A stretch of DNA of 64,000 nucleotides from a virus, in IMG/VR virus record IMGVR_UViG_3300033182_001261, positions 13,327 through 77,326 of that record. The stretch is one strand, 5' to 3'. The notes below the pieces were generated by a model, which was not told the origin of the DNA, did no database searches, and saw only the letters and a list, made by a program, of their open reading frames with translations. Of the stretch, positions 9,538-19,037 are shown one piece after another. Every line of letters begins with the position of its first letter. Position 1 is the first letter of the stretch. A program made the position numbers and the translations under genes.

Positions 9538-10232
9538 ATGATGTTATCGATAAAATATATTGTATAAATTTACCTCAAAGTCAAGATAGGTGGAAAAAAG
9601 TATCTGCAAGTTTCGAGAATCTAGGTTTGGGAAATAAATTAAATAGAATAGAAGCAGTTAAACCTCCACAAAATTTCTTTCTCCCCAATCAAGTTAGAAA
9701 CACTCAGTTAGGGTGCACTTTAAGTCATCTAAAAACTTTGGGAACATCTCTTAAAGAATCTGAAGGTAATATATTGGTTGTTGAAGATGACATTTCCCCT
9801 TCAGATGAATGTAATAAAATTGTTAGTGATGTTATTAAAAATCTTCCTAAAACTTGGTCAATTTGTTACTTTGGGGGACAACCCAGAAAACCTTTAAACT
9901 TATATAAAAAATCTGAAAATATTAATATATATCGAGCAAAAGGAATTATCGGAGCTTATGCGTATGCTGTAAATTTTAATTATATAAAAAGTTTATTTTC
10001 CTATACTATAAGTTCATTGTCCACAAATTCTTACAGAAATTCTGAAGGTTATTTAAATTATTCTGGAGTTTATGATTATATTTTATTGGAATTTGCTGCA
10101 GGAACAGAATCTTTTATAACTTACCCTTTAGTTTTCAAACCTTTCCCTGCTGTAAGTACTATAACAGGGCAGGACTACTCTCAAAAAGATTTGGACAATT
10201 TAATTGAAAATAGATGGAAATGGGTTAAATAA
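9528..10232 (+). CDS. GT25-family glycosyltransferase
   Basis: IYCINL....DRW, RIEAV, GCTLSH, LVVEDD, GAYAYAV. Confidence 0.85.
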   Translation: MFMNDVIDKIYCINLPQSQDRWKKVSASFENLGLGNKLNRIEAVKPPQNFFLPNQVRNTQLGCTLSHLKTLGTSLKESEGNILVVEDDISPSDECNKIVSDVIKNLPKTWSICYFGGQPRKPLNLYKKSENINIYRAKGIIGAYAYAVNFNYIKSLFSYTISSLSTNSYRNSEGYLNYSGVYDYILLEFAAGTESFITYPLVFKPFPAVSTITGQDYSQKDLDNLIENRWKWVK

Positions 10233-10247
10233 TGATAGGATGTAATT

Positions 10248-10991
10248 ATGATAGAAATGAAGAATTTAGAAAAAAATAATAAAAAATTGGCTATTTGTAT
10301 GACTGCGTATAATACTGAAGATTATATTTTAGAAGCAATAGATTCTTTAAATAATCAAAAACTTCCAGATTCTTGGGAAATAAGATTTTATATAGGTGTA
10401 GATTCGTGTAAAAATACTGCTGGAATTTTAGATAAAAATAGAATCTCTTATTATTGGTCATCCGAAAATGTTGGTACATATATTTTAACAAATTCTCTTT
10501 TACAGAAATCTGCTGAAGATGGTTGCGACGCTTTCTTGAGATTTGATTCTGATGATATAGCTTTTGAAAATTTTATATATAATGGAATTTATCACATAGA
10601 AAAGTCTGGGTATGTTAGAGGTTTTTATGAAGGTTTTAGTGGAAAAAATTTCCCCAAAAACCCTCGATTTTTAAGAAGACATCATGGTGCAGTCTTTTTT
10701 AATAAAAATGTATTAAATCTTCTTGGAGGATATCATGAGTATAGGGTTAGTTGCGATGCTTGGTTTAATTTTAGAGCTGAGAAATCCGGATTTAAATCCA
10801 ATGTCACTTATAATAAGCCTTGTTTTTTTTATAGATTACATCAAAAATCCTTAACGAAAAATCCTCAGACTTCCATGAAATCCGATTTTAGAAGAGAGGT
10901 GGAAATAAAATTAAAAAAATCTTTGAGTGAGGGGGAAATAAAAATTGAAAACCCTGTCACGGCGGATTTAGAATATAGGAATATGAAATGA
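10248..10991 (+). CDS. GT2-family glycosyltransferase
   Basis: ICMTAYN...YI.EAI.SL, ENVG, FDSDD, LGGY, YR.H..SLT. Confidence 0.85.
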   Translation: MIEMKNLEKNNKKLAICMTAYNTEDYILEAIDSLNNQKLPDSWEIRFYIGVDSCKNTAGILDKNRISYYWSSENVGTYILTNSLLQKSAEDGCDAFLRFDSDDIAFENFIYNGIYHIEKSGYVRGFYEGFSGKNFPKNPRFLRRHHGAVFFNKNVLNLLGGYHEYRVSCDAWFNFRAEKSGFKSNVTYNKPCFFYRLHQKSLTKNPQTSMKSDFRREVEIKLKKSLSEGEIKIENPVTADLEYRNMK

Positions 10992-11632
10992 GATATAAAT
11001 TTGTAGATATAGGATGTGGACATCAAAGTGTCTCGACGGATATTTTCGGAACAGATGTCTATGGTGTGTTAGTTGAACCTATAAAAGAATATTTGGAAGT
11101 TCTTCCTTCTGGTAAAAATATAATAAAAGTTAATGCTGCTATATCGGAAAAAAATGGTGAAATAGATTTTAATGCGTTTATAGCAAAAAACCCCAAATAT
11201 TATTCTAATCAAGAAATTACCAAAATTAAAAATAACCCTAAATTGTTAAGGGAGTATGTTAAAAATTTTTCGCATTCGGGTCAAAGTTCTATAAAAAATA
11301 TTGAAAAGTTGTTGAAAGTTACCACTAAAATAAAAGTGAAATCGTATGATCTTAAAACATTTTTTGAGAAATATGATATTACAGAAATAGACTATTTAAA
11401 AATAGATGTTGAAGGATATGAAGAAGAAATTTTACAACAATTATTGATAATGCTGGAAAAGGGAAGTATTAAAATTAACAATCAGATAAAGTATGAATTT
11501 AACCATCTTTCTGATGAAAAAAATCTTAATAAGATAACTGAAAGAATAAAACAATTTGGTTTTGATGGGTGTATAGTTTCCTCACCTCCTTGGAATACAG
11601 ATATGGTTTTAAATAGAAAAATGAATTCATGA
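10988..11632 (+). CDS. FkbM-family methyltransferase
   Basis: FVDIG, VEP, NAAIS, IDYLKIDVEGYE. Confidence 0.9.
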   Translation: MRYKFVDIGCGHQSVSTDIFGTDVYGVLVEPIKEYLEVLPSGKNIIKVNAAISEKNGEIDFNAFIAKNPKYYSNQEITKIKNNPKLLREYVKNFSHSGQSSIKNIEKLLKVTTKIKVKSYDLKTFFEKYDITEIDYLKIDVEGYEEEILQQLLIMLEKGSIKINNQIKYEFNHLSDEKNLNKITERIKQFGFDGCIVSSPPWNTDMVLNRKMNS

Positions 11633-11648
11633 TTCCATTTGTAATACT

Positions 11649-11999
11649 ATGAATATAGGAAATAGAATATTAGTTGAATATCAATACGCAAAGTATGAAT
11701 TTGAAATATTCCCTTCACATCTAAGTCACGATTTTTTATTATACAGGTCAACCTCTTCCCACTATTATATTAAAGAGGTTAGGAAATATTACTATATGAT
11801 TTTCTGTATAAATACTGATAAGAAATGTTTTTATTTTGGAATAACCCCAGAAGACGCCGTCATAACAGACCAGAATTTTTATGTATTAAACATTTCACAT
11901 GAGGATGTAGAATCTAAACATGGAACCGAATATCAATTTTTACAATTTGTCACATATCAATTTGGAAGTCTTTCTGAGTATTTAAATTACAGTATATGA
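11649..11999 (+). CDS. hypothetical protein
   Basis: In-operon ORF. Confidence 0.5.
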   Translation: MNIGNRILVEYQYAKYEFEIFPSHLSHDFLLYRSTSSHYYIKEVRKYYYMIFCINTDKKCFYFGITPEDAVITDQNFYVLNISHEDVESKHGTEYQFLQFVTYQFGSLSEYLNYSI

Positions 12000-12223
12000 A
12001 AAGGACTCCTAAAGATATCACGATACAATATTGTAAAGAGTCTGGATGTCCAGTACAGAAATCTATTGATAATCATAGGGCACAAGATGGTTCTGAAGAT
12101 GAAATTAAAATGATAAAGTATGCATACTGTGTTAGATGTGATGTTTATAAAATGCGAAAGTGGATGGAAAGTAAAGGTATAACATTAAATGATGAAGATG
12201 ACCTGCCTATAAATTTTTTGTAA
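11996..12223 (+). CDS. small Cys-containing hypothetical protein
   Basis: ATGA overlap with the previous gene; C-x4-C and CxxC. Confidence 0.55.
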   Translation: MKRTPKDITIQYCKESGCPVQKSIDNHRAQDGSEDEIKMIKYAYCVRCDVYKMRKWMESKGITLNDEDDLPINFL

Positions 12224-12224
12224 A

Positions 12225-12623
12225 GTGAATATTTTAAAGATACAATATGAAGGTGAAGTTTACAAGTTCAAAAGATTAACCTCTTTTGAAGTTTATTACA
12301 TTTTAGAAACCCCTATTAACGATAAAAAAATATTCTTCTCCTATAATTTGATTTTCGAAATAAATAAACTTTCAATGATGATGGAAAATCAATATGAATT
12401 TAAATCAGGATATCTGATTTCTGGTATAACATATGATGATTATCCCACTAGTAAAATCAAAAAAGTTCTATGTAAATCTAATTTCCCTGCTAAATCGGAC
12501 TTTGATATATGTAATGTAACTCAAAAAAAATTTATAGATTTTTGTCAGAGAAACTTTTATTTAATGCTTTCAGTTGTCAATAAAGTTAATACTTCTAATT
12601 CGCATATCAACCAAAAACTATAA
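12225..12623 (+). CDS. hypothetical protein (IEYEGEV family)
   Basis: LKIQYEGEVYKF N-terminus. Confidence 0.5.
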   Translation: MNILKIQYEGEVYKFKRLTSFEVYYILETPINDKKIFFSYNLIFEINKLSMMMENQYEFKSGYLISGITYDDYPTSKIKKVLCKSNFPAKSDFDICNVTQKKFIDFCQRNFYLMLSVVNKVNTSNSHINQKL

Positions 12624-12626
12624 ATA
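12619..12626 (+). promoter_or_regulatory. T4-type late promoter
   Basis: TATAAATA just upstream of ORF 12632. Confidence 0.7.
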
Positions 12627-12631
12627 TAGGT

Positions 12632-12859
12632 ATGGAAGAAGAAACTCCAAAACCAGATTCAAAAAGCAGATGGCAAAATAGGAGAAGGATGGCTTGGATT
12701 GCCCTCACTTCTATCTTAGTCGTTACAGTTTTGGCATTCTTCGTTGTTGCTGAGTCCCGATTGAAACTATTAGGAGATGTTATCAACATGTTCTACTTAT
12801 CAATGGCATCAATCGTTGGAGCATATGTTGGATTCGCAACTCTTGACAAAAAGATATAA
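12632..12859 (+). CDS. two-TM small protein, holin-like
   Basis: W.NRRRMAW followed by two hydrophobic helices; late box upstream. Confidence 0.6.
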   Translation: MEEETPKPDSKSRWQNRRRMAWIALTSILVVTVLAFFVVAESRLKLLGDVINMFYLSMASIVGAYVGFATLDKKI

Positions 12860-12869
12860 GAGGTTTATT

Positions 12870-13049
12870 ATGATAATAGTGCCAAAAGGAAAAGTTAAAG
12901 TATGGTGCGAGTCTTGTAATGGAAGAGGGTCTTTTGTATCCTCTTTAACAGAAATATTGAATATCTGTGAAGATTGTGATGGTCAAGGATATATTGAAAA
13001 ACAAATATCAGATTTTTTTGAGGTGGATAAAACAAAAATTGAAGGTTAA
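12870..13049 (+). CDS. CxxCxGxG zinc-finger protein
   Basis: CESCNGRG and CEDCDGQG; ATG 12870 after AGAGG. Confidence 0.65.
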   Translation: MIIVPKGKVKVWCESCNGRGSFVSSLTEILNICEDCDGQGYIEKQISDFFEVDKTKIEG

Positions 13050-13051
13050 CT

Positions 13052-13588
13052 ATGAAAAATTATAGTGTTTTAGATTTTCTAGAAGAGAAAAAAGAAGAAG
13101 CAAAGAAAGATACAGTCCAAGATAAGGATATCAAAGATAGAAAAGGTTCTCAACCTAAGAAGTACTACAAAGGTCTTGCTAAATCAACAAAAGAGAAACG
13201 TGCTGCTCATTTTAAAAAGGGTGCAGCAATGAGTGATGATGACCCAAGAGCATATAAGAAAGCTCCTGGAGACGCAAGAGCGAAAACAAAAGAATCAGAA
13301 TACACCAAAAAGTATAAAGAGAAGTATGGAGAAGAAGTTGAAAATGATTCTGATATACTACTAGAGAATCCTGATAAATCTCTCAAGAAGAAAGCAGAGA
13401 AGTCTGGGATTGCGTTCTCAATACTGAAGCAAGTATATAAGAGAGGTGTTGCTGCGTGGAGAACAGGACATCGTCCTGGAACTACTCCTGAGCAGTGGGC
13501 GATGGCTCGCACTAACTCGTTTATTGTTGGAGGTAAGACGAGAACAACTGCTGATGCTGACTTATGGAAGAAACATAAGGGGAAATAA
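13052..13588 (+). CDS. conserved phage protein (DUF5824-like) with capsid-targeting-like leader
   Basis: L..VY.RG.AAW.TGHRPG.T..QWA.AR.NSF; leader MKNYSVLDFLEE. Confidence 0.7.
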   Translation: MKNYSVLDFLEEKKEEAKKDTVQDKDIKDRKGSQPKKYYKGLAKSTKEKRAAHFKKGAAMSDDDPRAYKKAPGDARAKTKESEYTKKYKEKYGEEVENDSDILLENPDKSLKKKAEKSGIAFSILKQVYKRGVAAWRTGHRPGTTPEQWAMARTNSFIVGGKTRTTADADLWKKHKGK

Positions 13589-13589
13589 A

Positions 13590-15212
13590 ATGAAAAAGAG
13601 AAGATACTTTTTAGAAGATTACATTACAGAGGCGTCATTATCAGCTAAAGAGGTTGCTAAAAGGGGTAATCTTAAAATATTTTTAAGAAAATGGGTAGAA
13701 GGTGAACCTTTCGAAAAAACGGATGGTTCTCAAATCACTCTTGTTAAACCTTCCATACCTGATTTTAAAAATGAATATTGGCAGTTTCGGAAAGATGAAA
13801 CGAAAAATGATTTAAATCCAGAGAGACAACTCTATGCGCATATAACAGGGCAACTTAAAGGAGGTGTTGATATACCGACTACTGATGGAGGCACTGTTAG
13901 ATTGAGTAAGTTATTAAAAACATCCGAATTTGGAGGAGCAGGTGGTTCCAAAGGACCTTCTGGAGAAGATTGGGAAGCAATGATTGCTGTTGGTTTAGCA
14001 GTCATCGATGGGAAATCAGGGAAAACTCTCCCTGATGAGTGGAAAAGAGTTGAAAAATATTGGGGAAATGATGAATTGAGAGAACAGGCAATGAATTTAG
14101 CAAATTCTTTTAAGAGTTCTGGATACTCTCCAATGAAACAAACTGGAAGTGGTAAGGGTGGTTCGGCAGTTTCTTCTATTTGGAAGAAATTATATGAAAA
14201 ACACGGCGGTGGAGGAAAAATGAACAGTACTCCAAAAACAGATGTTATTGGTGGAGGTGTCAAAATATCTCTCAAAAAAGTTGGAGGTTCTCAGGCTATG
14301 AGTTCTAAAAACCAAGAAGCTTTTGCAACTTTTGAAGCAGCAATGTTATTATATGGAGAAAAATATCCAGGAGAAGTGAATAAAATATTAACATCCTTAA
14401 AAAACGATGTTTTAGATTTTGAGAGAAGTGGATATAAAGGAACTATAGGACAACTCAAAAAAGACCTTAAAGCAGCAGAGAGTGATCCAAGTAAATTTAC
14501 TAAGAGTGAGTTGACTAAACTTAAATCTTATAAAGATGATATGGATGCTTCCTACAAAAACGCAGATAAATTAACGAAACTAGTCAACGATATATTCCAA
14601 AAAAGTCCTAGGATGAAACAATTGTTTTTATTTGAAGCTTCTTCTGGGTCTGTTAAATTTGGAGATAAATCCAACTCAAGAGCAGATAGATTAGTTGAGT
14701 TTGACCCAGAAAAAGGTAAAATAACTGCTGATTGGGATATTAAAACTCCAGATTCAATTGCATCGATTATGAGTAAATATAAAATTTACTTTGCTTTTAA
14801 AACTAGTGGAGATTCACCTTATATTTCACTAAGAGGGAGTATGTTGGCGTCATTGGGTGAAAGTGCTGAATATACAGAAGATTGTCCAACTTTTTCATCA
14901 ATTATTAAAGAGGCATTTAATGAAAATGAATTTGGAAGAACCTTATTATCAGAAGAATATAGTCAATTGGATGAGTTTCAATTGTTCCAAAAGATTAAAT
15001 CAAAAGTTTCGGATATTAAATCAAAAGTTTTAAATAGTAAAGTGGTACAAAAGTTTTTACAAATATGGGAACGGATAAAACAGAAAATGTCAAAGGCTTT
15101 TGATTGGATTATAAAACAAGGAAAAATGGCATTAAGTTATTTGTTGAAGTTTTTTGGAATGAAACCTTCAAGAGTTAGAGTGAATGGACCAATAGAGTTA
15201 TTTACGGAGTAA
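13590..15212 (+). CDS. restriction-endonuclease-like (PD-(D/E)xK variant) protein with capsid-targeting-like leader
   Basis: Start 13590 after AGGGG; GEDWEA, TPKTD, KISLKK, KTSEFGG; leader MKKRRYFLEDYITE. Confidence 0.55.
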   Translation: MKKRRYFLEDYITEASLSAKEVAKRGNLKIFLRKWVEGEPFEKTDGSQITLVKPSIPDFKNEYWQFRKDETKNDLNPERQLYAHITGQLKGGVDIPTTDGGTVRLSKLLKTSEFGGAGGSKGPSGEDWEAMIAVGLAVIDGKSGKTLPDEWKRVEKYWGNDELREQAMNLANSFKSSGYSPMKQTGSGKGGSAVSSIWKKLYEKHGGGGKMNSTPKTDVIGGGVKISLKKVGGSQAMSSKNQEAFATFEAAMLLYGEKYPGEVNKILTSLKNDVLDFERSGYKGTIGQLKKDLKAAESDPSKFTKSELTKLKSYKDDMDASYKNADKLTKLVNDIFQKSPRMKQLFLFEASSGSVKFGDKSNSRADRLVEFDPEKGKITADWDIKTPDSIASIMSKYKIYFAFKTSGDSPYISLRGSMLASLGESAEYTEDCPTFSSIIKEAFNENEFGRTLLSEEYSQLDEFQLFQKIKSKVSDIKSKVLNSKVVQKFLQIWERIKQKMSKAFDWIIKQGKMALSYLLKFFGMKPSRVRVNGPIELFTE

Positions 15213-15216
15213 TGAA

Positions 15217-16410
15217 TTATTTGTTAGGTTTTATATTACCTTCATTATCACAAATATGAGTTATTTTCCGACCACCCTTAGAAAATATTGAAAATCTCAT
15301 TCCCCTGATGCCGAAATCGGATCGAACTCCTTTTGCATTGGGGTTTAATATTTTTTCAGAAGAGCCCTTTTTCATAGCCATTAAGTAAGGTTCGTAATCA
15401 CCTGTAAGAGGAGTTCCGTTCAATTTCATAGGACCACTTGATTTCAATAAATATACATCACCTTGTTTTTTTAGTTTTGGGTCTCCTTGTAATATTGCAT
15501 GGACATTATTTTCACCTTTAATTGAATTGTAATTTGGTCCGTAGGTAGCTCTACAAGAAAGTAAATTATTTTCAATTTTTTTAGCTATTGTGAACCCTGT
15601 TTGCATATGCCATTTAGGATTATCTGTGGTATATTTTTTAACTTTTTCTATGAAATAGAGAACTTCTGGATCATTTGATATAATTTTACCTGCTTTTGAA
15701 CTCATTCCACTCCATTGACCAAAATCTTTTGCGTGACTGCCTTTTTTATGTGATATGTGCACTTCATTAACCAATTTTCCATTTTTATATGAAACCAAAG
15801 TTAGGTCGGATTTAGGGGTTCCTGAGACTTTATTAACACCGACGATATTTTTAAATATATCTTGACCAATTTTAATATCTATTCCATATGTTAATTTATT
15901 TTCTTTTTTTACGATATCGCATATCATTTTATTAAAATCATTAATAAAATCCTTCTCACCAGACTCACTAGCAGTAGGGTTATTTAAAATGTATGATGAT
16001 AGTTTTTGCTCCTCTTTTATCAAAGATATTTGTCCCCATTCTATGTTACCTTTTTTCGTTGAAGATTTTGAATCTATTCCCCCAAATTCAGAAGTTTTTA
16101 AGATATTTCCTGTGGATATTTTCACCGAATCTTTACAGACCCACATTTTAGCCGATTTTGTTTCTGGTGGTAGTACACTTTCAAATTTTGTTTTGAATTT
16201 TTCAAAACTCATGGTTTTTTTAATTTCTATAACAGTCTCTTTTCCTTTCCCCACTTTAATTATCATTTTATTAAATACAAATTTTAATGATTTCCCAACG
16301 GAGATTGGTTTTATTAAATCTACAGGTATTTCTTTTGTTGCTTTTTCATGAATCACTTTCAAATTATTATTATATCTTTTATTGAAGTGACTCCAAGTTA
16401 ATCCTGCCAT
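15217..16410 (-). CDS. restriction-endonuclease-like protein, distant homolog of 13590
   Basis: KTSEFGG, GE..F, GTPKSD, HISHKK; AGGAG RBS. Confidence 0.55.
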   Translation of the reverse strand: MAGLTWSHFNKRYNNNLKVIHEKATKEIPVDLIKPISVGKSLKFVFNKMIIKVGKGKETVIEIKKTMSFEKFKTKFESVLPPETKSAKMWVCKDSVKISTGNILKTSEFGGIDSKSSTKKGNIEWGQISLIKEEQKLSSYILNNPTASESGEKDFINDFNKMICDIVKKENKLTYGIDIKIGQDIFKNIVGVNKVSGTPKSDLTLVSYKNGKLVNEVHISHKKGSHAKDFGQWSGMSSKAGKIISNDPEVLYFIEKVKKYTTDNPKWHMQTGFTIAKKIENNLLSCRATYGPNYNSIKGENNVHAILQGDPKLKKQGDVYLLKSSGPMKLNGTPLTGDYEPYLMAMKKGSSEKILNPNAKGVRSDFGIRGMRFSIFSKGGRKITHICDNEGNIKPNK

Positions 16411-16458
16411 ATAAACTCCTATTTTTATTTATTAGAAGTATAACATAAGTAAAAATAC

Positions 16459-16494
16459 TTGACAATACCTTTCAAATAGTATATTATATAAATA
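16459..16494 (+). promoter_or_regulatory. overlapping early promoter and late box
   Basis: TTGACA(16459)-17-TATTAT plus TATAAATA(16487-16494). Confidence 0.65.
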
Positions 16495-16518
16495 TATTCA
16501 TAACAGAGGGTGAATGTA

Positions 16519-16929
16519 ATGTCCATTAAAAGAATATATAGTGTAAGAGACTTTCTGAATGAGGATTCTGAAAAAGTTGATGAGTTCTTTATTCGTAGTA
16601 TGAAGAAAAGACCAAAACCTAAATATAACGATGAGGATCGTTTTGTTCCCGATGATAAAGATATTGATTATGATAAGTTGATAAGTTTTGACAGAAACAG
16701 AGTTAATAAGATATCGAGTGTCATTTCCGCTTACCTACACAGATATTCTTCAAACTCGAAAAAGAAAGAAGATACCATATACTTACATTTTCAACCCACT
16801 ATTCGTTCATCTTTTGAGGATGTCAAGAAGCAACTCTCAAAACTAAAAAATGTTCTGAAAATAAAAAGTATAAGAGTGATGAATAGTTTAATCATGGTCA
16901 CTCTTAAAAACCAACACAAATATGCGTAA
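16519..16929 (+). CDS. hypothetical protein with capsid-targeting-like leader
   Basis: MSIKRIYSVRDFLNE leader. Confidence 0.6.
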   Translation: MSIKRIYSVRDFLNEDSEKVDEFFIRSMKKRPKPKYNDEDRFVPDDKDIDYDKLISFDRNRVNKISSVISAYLHRYSSNSKKKEDTIYLHFQPTIRSSFEDVKKQLSKLKNVLKIKSIRVMNSLIMVTLKNQHKYA

Positions 16930-17156
16930 TGAATAAGAAAATTCTGAAAGAAGTGAATGAAGTTGCATGTGAAATTATTCGTGGAGATTGTGATATAAAT
17001 AAAACTAGCAAGGTTTATAAAAAGTTGATAAAAGAGATAGACAGGTTAGAGAAAAAGAAGAAAAAGACTAAGCATACTATTGATTTGATAACTTCCGCAA
17101 AAAAGTTAGCAGAAACTATGAAAGTTTATATAGATGTGAGTGGAATTATAAAATGA
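16929..17156 (+). CDS. small basic hypothetical protein
   Basis: TAATG coupling to the previous gene. Confidence 0.5.
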   Translation: MNKKILKEVNEVACEIIRGDCDINKTSKVYKKLIKEIDRLEKKKKKTKHTIDLITSAKKLAETMKVYIDVSGIIK

Positions 17157-17168
17157 AAAGAGAATGAA

Positions 17169-17375
17169 ATGAAGCATGGTAGAAGGGCGCAACAACAAAG
17201 AAGAAAACTACGTAATAAGATTGTAGAACAATCTAATAATTCACATACCAAAGAGAGTTTAATAGGAAATTCTGTTGAAGAGTTGAAAGAAATACTCGAA
17301 AGATTTTCACTCACAAAAGAAGAATCCTCAGATATTTCTTCAATCATACCAGAACAGGAAATAGACAAAGAATAA
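17169..17375 (+). CDS. hypothetical protein
   Basis: In-operon ORF. Confidence 0.45.
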   Translation: MKHGRRAQQQRRKLRNKIVEQSNNSHTKESLIGNSVEELKEILERFSLTKEESSDISSIIPEQEIDKE

Positions 17376-17642
17376 ATGGAATCAGGTAAGTTAAATATGG
17401 ATTTAAAAGGCAACCCTTATCAATGGGTTAAAACAAACAACCCTAATATTTATAAGTTAGAAACAAACTTATCTACTCAGAATTGTAAAATTCGAAGAGA
17501 TATTGAATCGAATGATATAGAGATGATTGAACTGAATCAAGGTCCAAAATTCACCAACAGAATGTTGATAGACAATAAAAGAATTGATAGGTTTGTATTA
17601 AATCTCGGAGAAATCACGGCAGAGTGTAAGAATTTGATATAA
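17376..17642 (+). CDS. hypothetical protein
   Basis: Abuts the previous ORF. Confidence 0.5.
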   Translation: MESGKLNMDLKGNPYQWVKTNNPNIYKLETNLSTQNCKIRRDIESNDIEMIELNQGPKFTNRMLIDNKRIDRFVLNLGEITAECKNLI

Positions 17643-17762
17643 CACACAAAAAAGTCTAAATTAGATATTTTTTTGTAAAAAATATATATTTAAATATACC
17701 AATAAATATATGTTTGGGGTATCGCGAGCAGTTCGGCATTCCGAAAAAAACCAGAGGTTTAT

Positions 17763-18374
17763 ATGAAAATGTATAAAATACAAGACTATTTGACTGAACA
17801 GGAAAACGGTTTTCTAATATACTGCGATATGGACGGAGTACTCACAAATTATGACGGTCATTTCATTGAATATTATCATAATCAGTTCCGAGAAACTGAA
17901 CTATATCTAAAAGACTCTGATAGTTATCCTGAGTTTCCAAATGCTAAAACTGCAAATGATATCACAGGCAATCTACACAAGAAAAAGAAGTATGAGGTTG
18001 CTAAAAAAGCGTCGAAAGAATTCTGGAGTGATATGCCTTGGCATCCGGATGGTAAAGCATTATGGAAAGCAATCAAACCACTCAACCCTATAATTCTATC
18101 AACTCCTGCTGCGAGCAAAAATAGTGAAGATGGAAAAAGGGAATGGGTCAAAACTCAACTCAAAATATCAACAGTAATTTTGAGTTCTAACAAATATGAA
18201 TATGTGAAAGATAATCTATTCGTCCCAAAAGGAAAAGAAAACTATAAAAGAATTCTGATTGACGATACACCAAAGAAGATATCAGGATGGAATTCCGCAG
18301 GAGGAATAGGCATTCTACATAAATCCTCAAGAGACACAATATCAAAACTTAAAAAACTAGGAGCAATCAAATGA
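17763..18374 (+). CDS. HAD-family 5'(3')-deoxyribonucleotidase-like protein with capsid-targeting-like leader
   Basis: YCDMDGVL (DxD), ILSTP, K..WV, LIDD...K...W...GGIGILH; leader MKMYKIQDYLTE. Confidence 0.85.
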   Translation: MKMYKIQDYLTEQENGFLIYCDMDGVLTNYDGHFIEYYHNQFRETELYLKDSDSYPEFPNAKTANDITGNLHKKKKYEVAKKASKEFWSDMPWHPDGKALWKAIKPLNPIILSTPAASKNSEDGKREWVKTQLKISTVILSSNKYEYVKDNLFVPKGKENYKRILIDDTPKKISGWNSAGGIGILHKSSRDTISKLKKLGAIK

Positions 18375-18534
18375 TTTCATCTATATGTACACTATCAATT
18401 ATTATATTAGTATCAGTTATCCTTACAAATGTTCAAATGAAAGCAAACAGAAGGATGAAGCAATTAGAGAATTCAAGAATTGTGAAAGAGGTGATAGATG
18501 AGATAAATAATAAATAAGAGATGAAAGGAATATC

Positions 18535-18774
18535 ATGGAAGAAGATGGTCATAACCCAATTTGGACACAGATTCCCAATTTAAGTGGTTGGGAATATGAC
18601 GCAGCTGCCGAAAGGAAGCATACATATTCTGATAGCCCCGGAACTATAACTGGTGGAGTTAGACAATATACCACCGCATCAGGAAATGTTTGCGAAACTT
18701 ATATTAGATGTAGACAGATAGAACATCCTACAAGAATCTTAGGGGAAGTTAGTAAAACGTATTACGATAAATAA
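18535..18774 (+). CDS. hypothetical protein
   Basis: AAAGGA RBS. Confidence 0.5.
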   Translation: MEEDGHNPIWTQIPNLSGWEYDAAAERKHTYSDSPGTITGGVRQYTTASGNVCETYIRCRQIEHPTRILGEVSKTYYDK

Positions 18775-18966
18775 TAGTATGATAACATTCTTACTATGCT
18801 TTATAATAATTATTCTACTCACCAATACCATCATAACTCATATTGAAATAAAAAGAATGCTTAAGTTGTTGAATGATGAAAATCCAGATGAGTTCAAAGA
18901 GAAAATCAAAGAGTTCAAAAACGAATACAGAACATTCATTAAACGATGGGGAAAGTTCTAACATAT

Positions 18967-19006
18967 TATAAATATACTTGACAAGACCTACTTTATATAC
19001 TATAAT
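18967..19006 (+). promoter_or_regulatory. late box plus early promoter
   Basis: TATAAATA(18967) then TTGACA(18978)-17-TATAAT(19001). Confidence 0.8.
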
Positions 19007-19037
19007 AATTATATAAGGTTGAGTAAAAGGTGAGAAC

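Noticed and set aside
13446-13589. 48 aa N-terminal extension of the 588 aa ORF
   Set aside because: Overlaps the conserved 13052 gene; ATG 13590 has an RBS and the shared leader
17711-17750. GC-rich hairpin TTCGG-CATT-CCGAA as an RNA gene
   Set aside because: Too short; more likely a small 5' leader or terminator hairpin, and the function cannot be assigned
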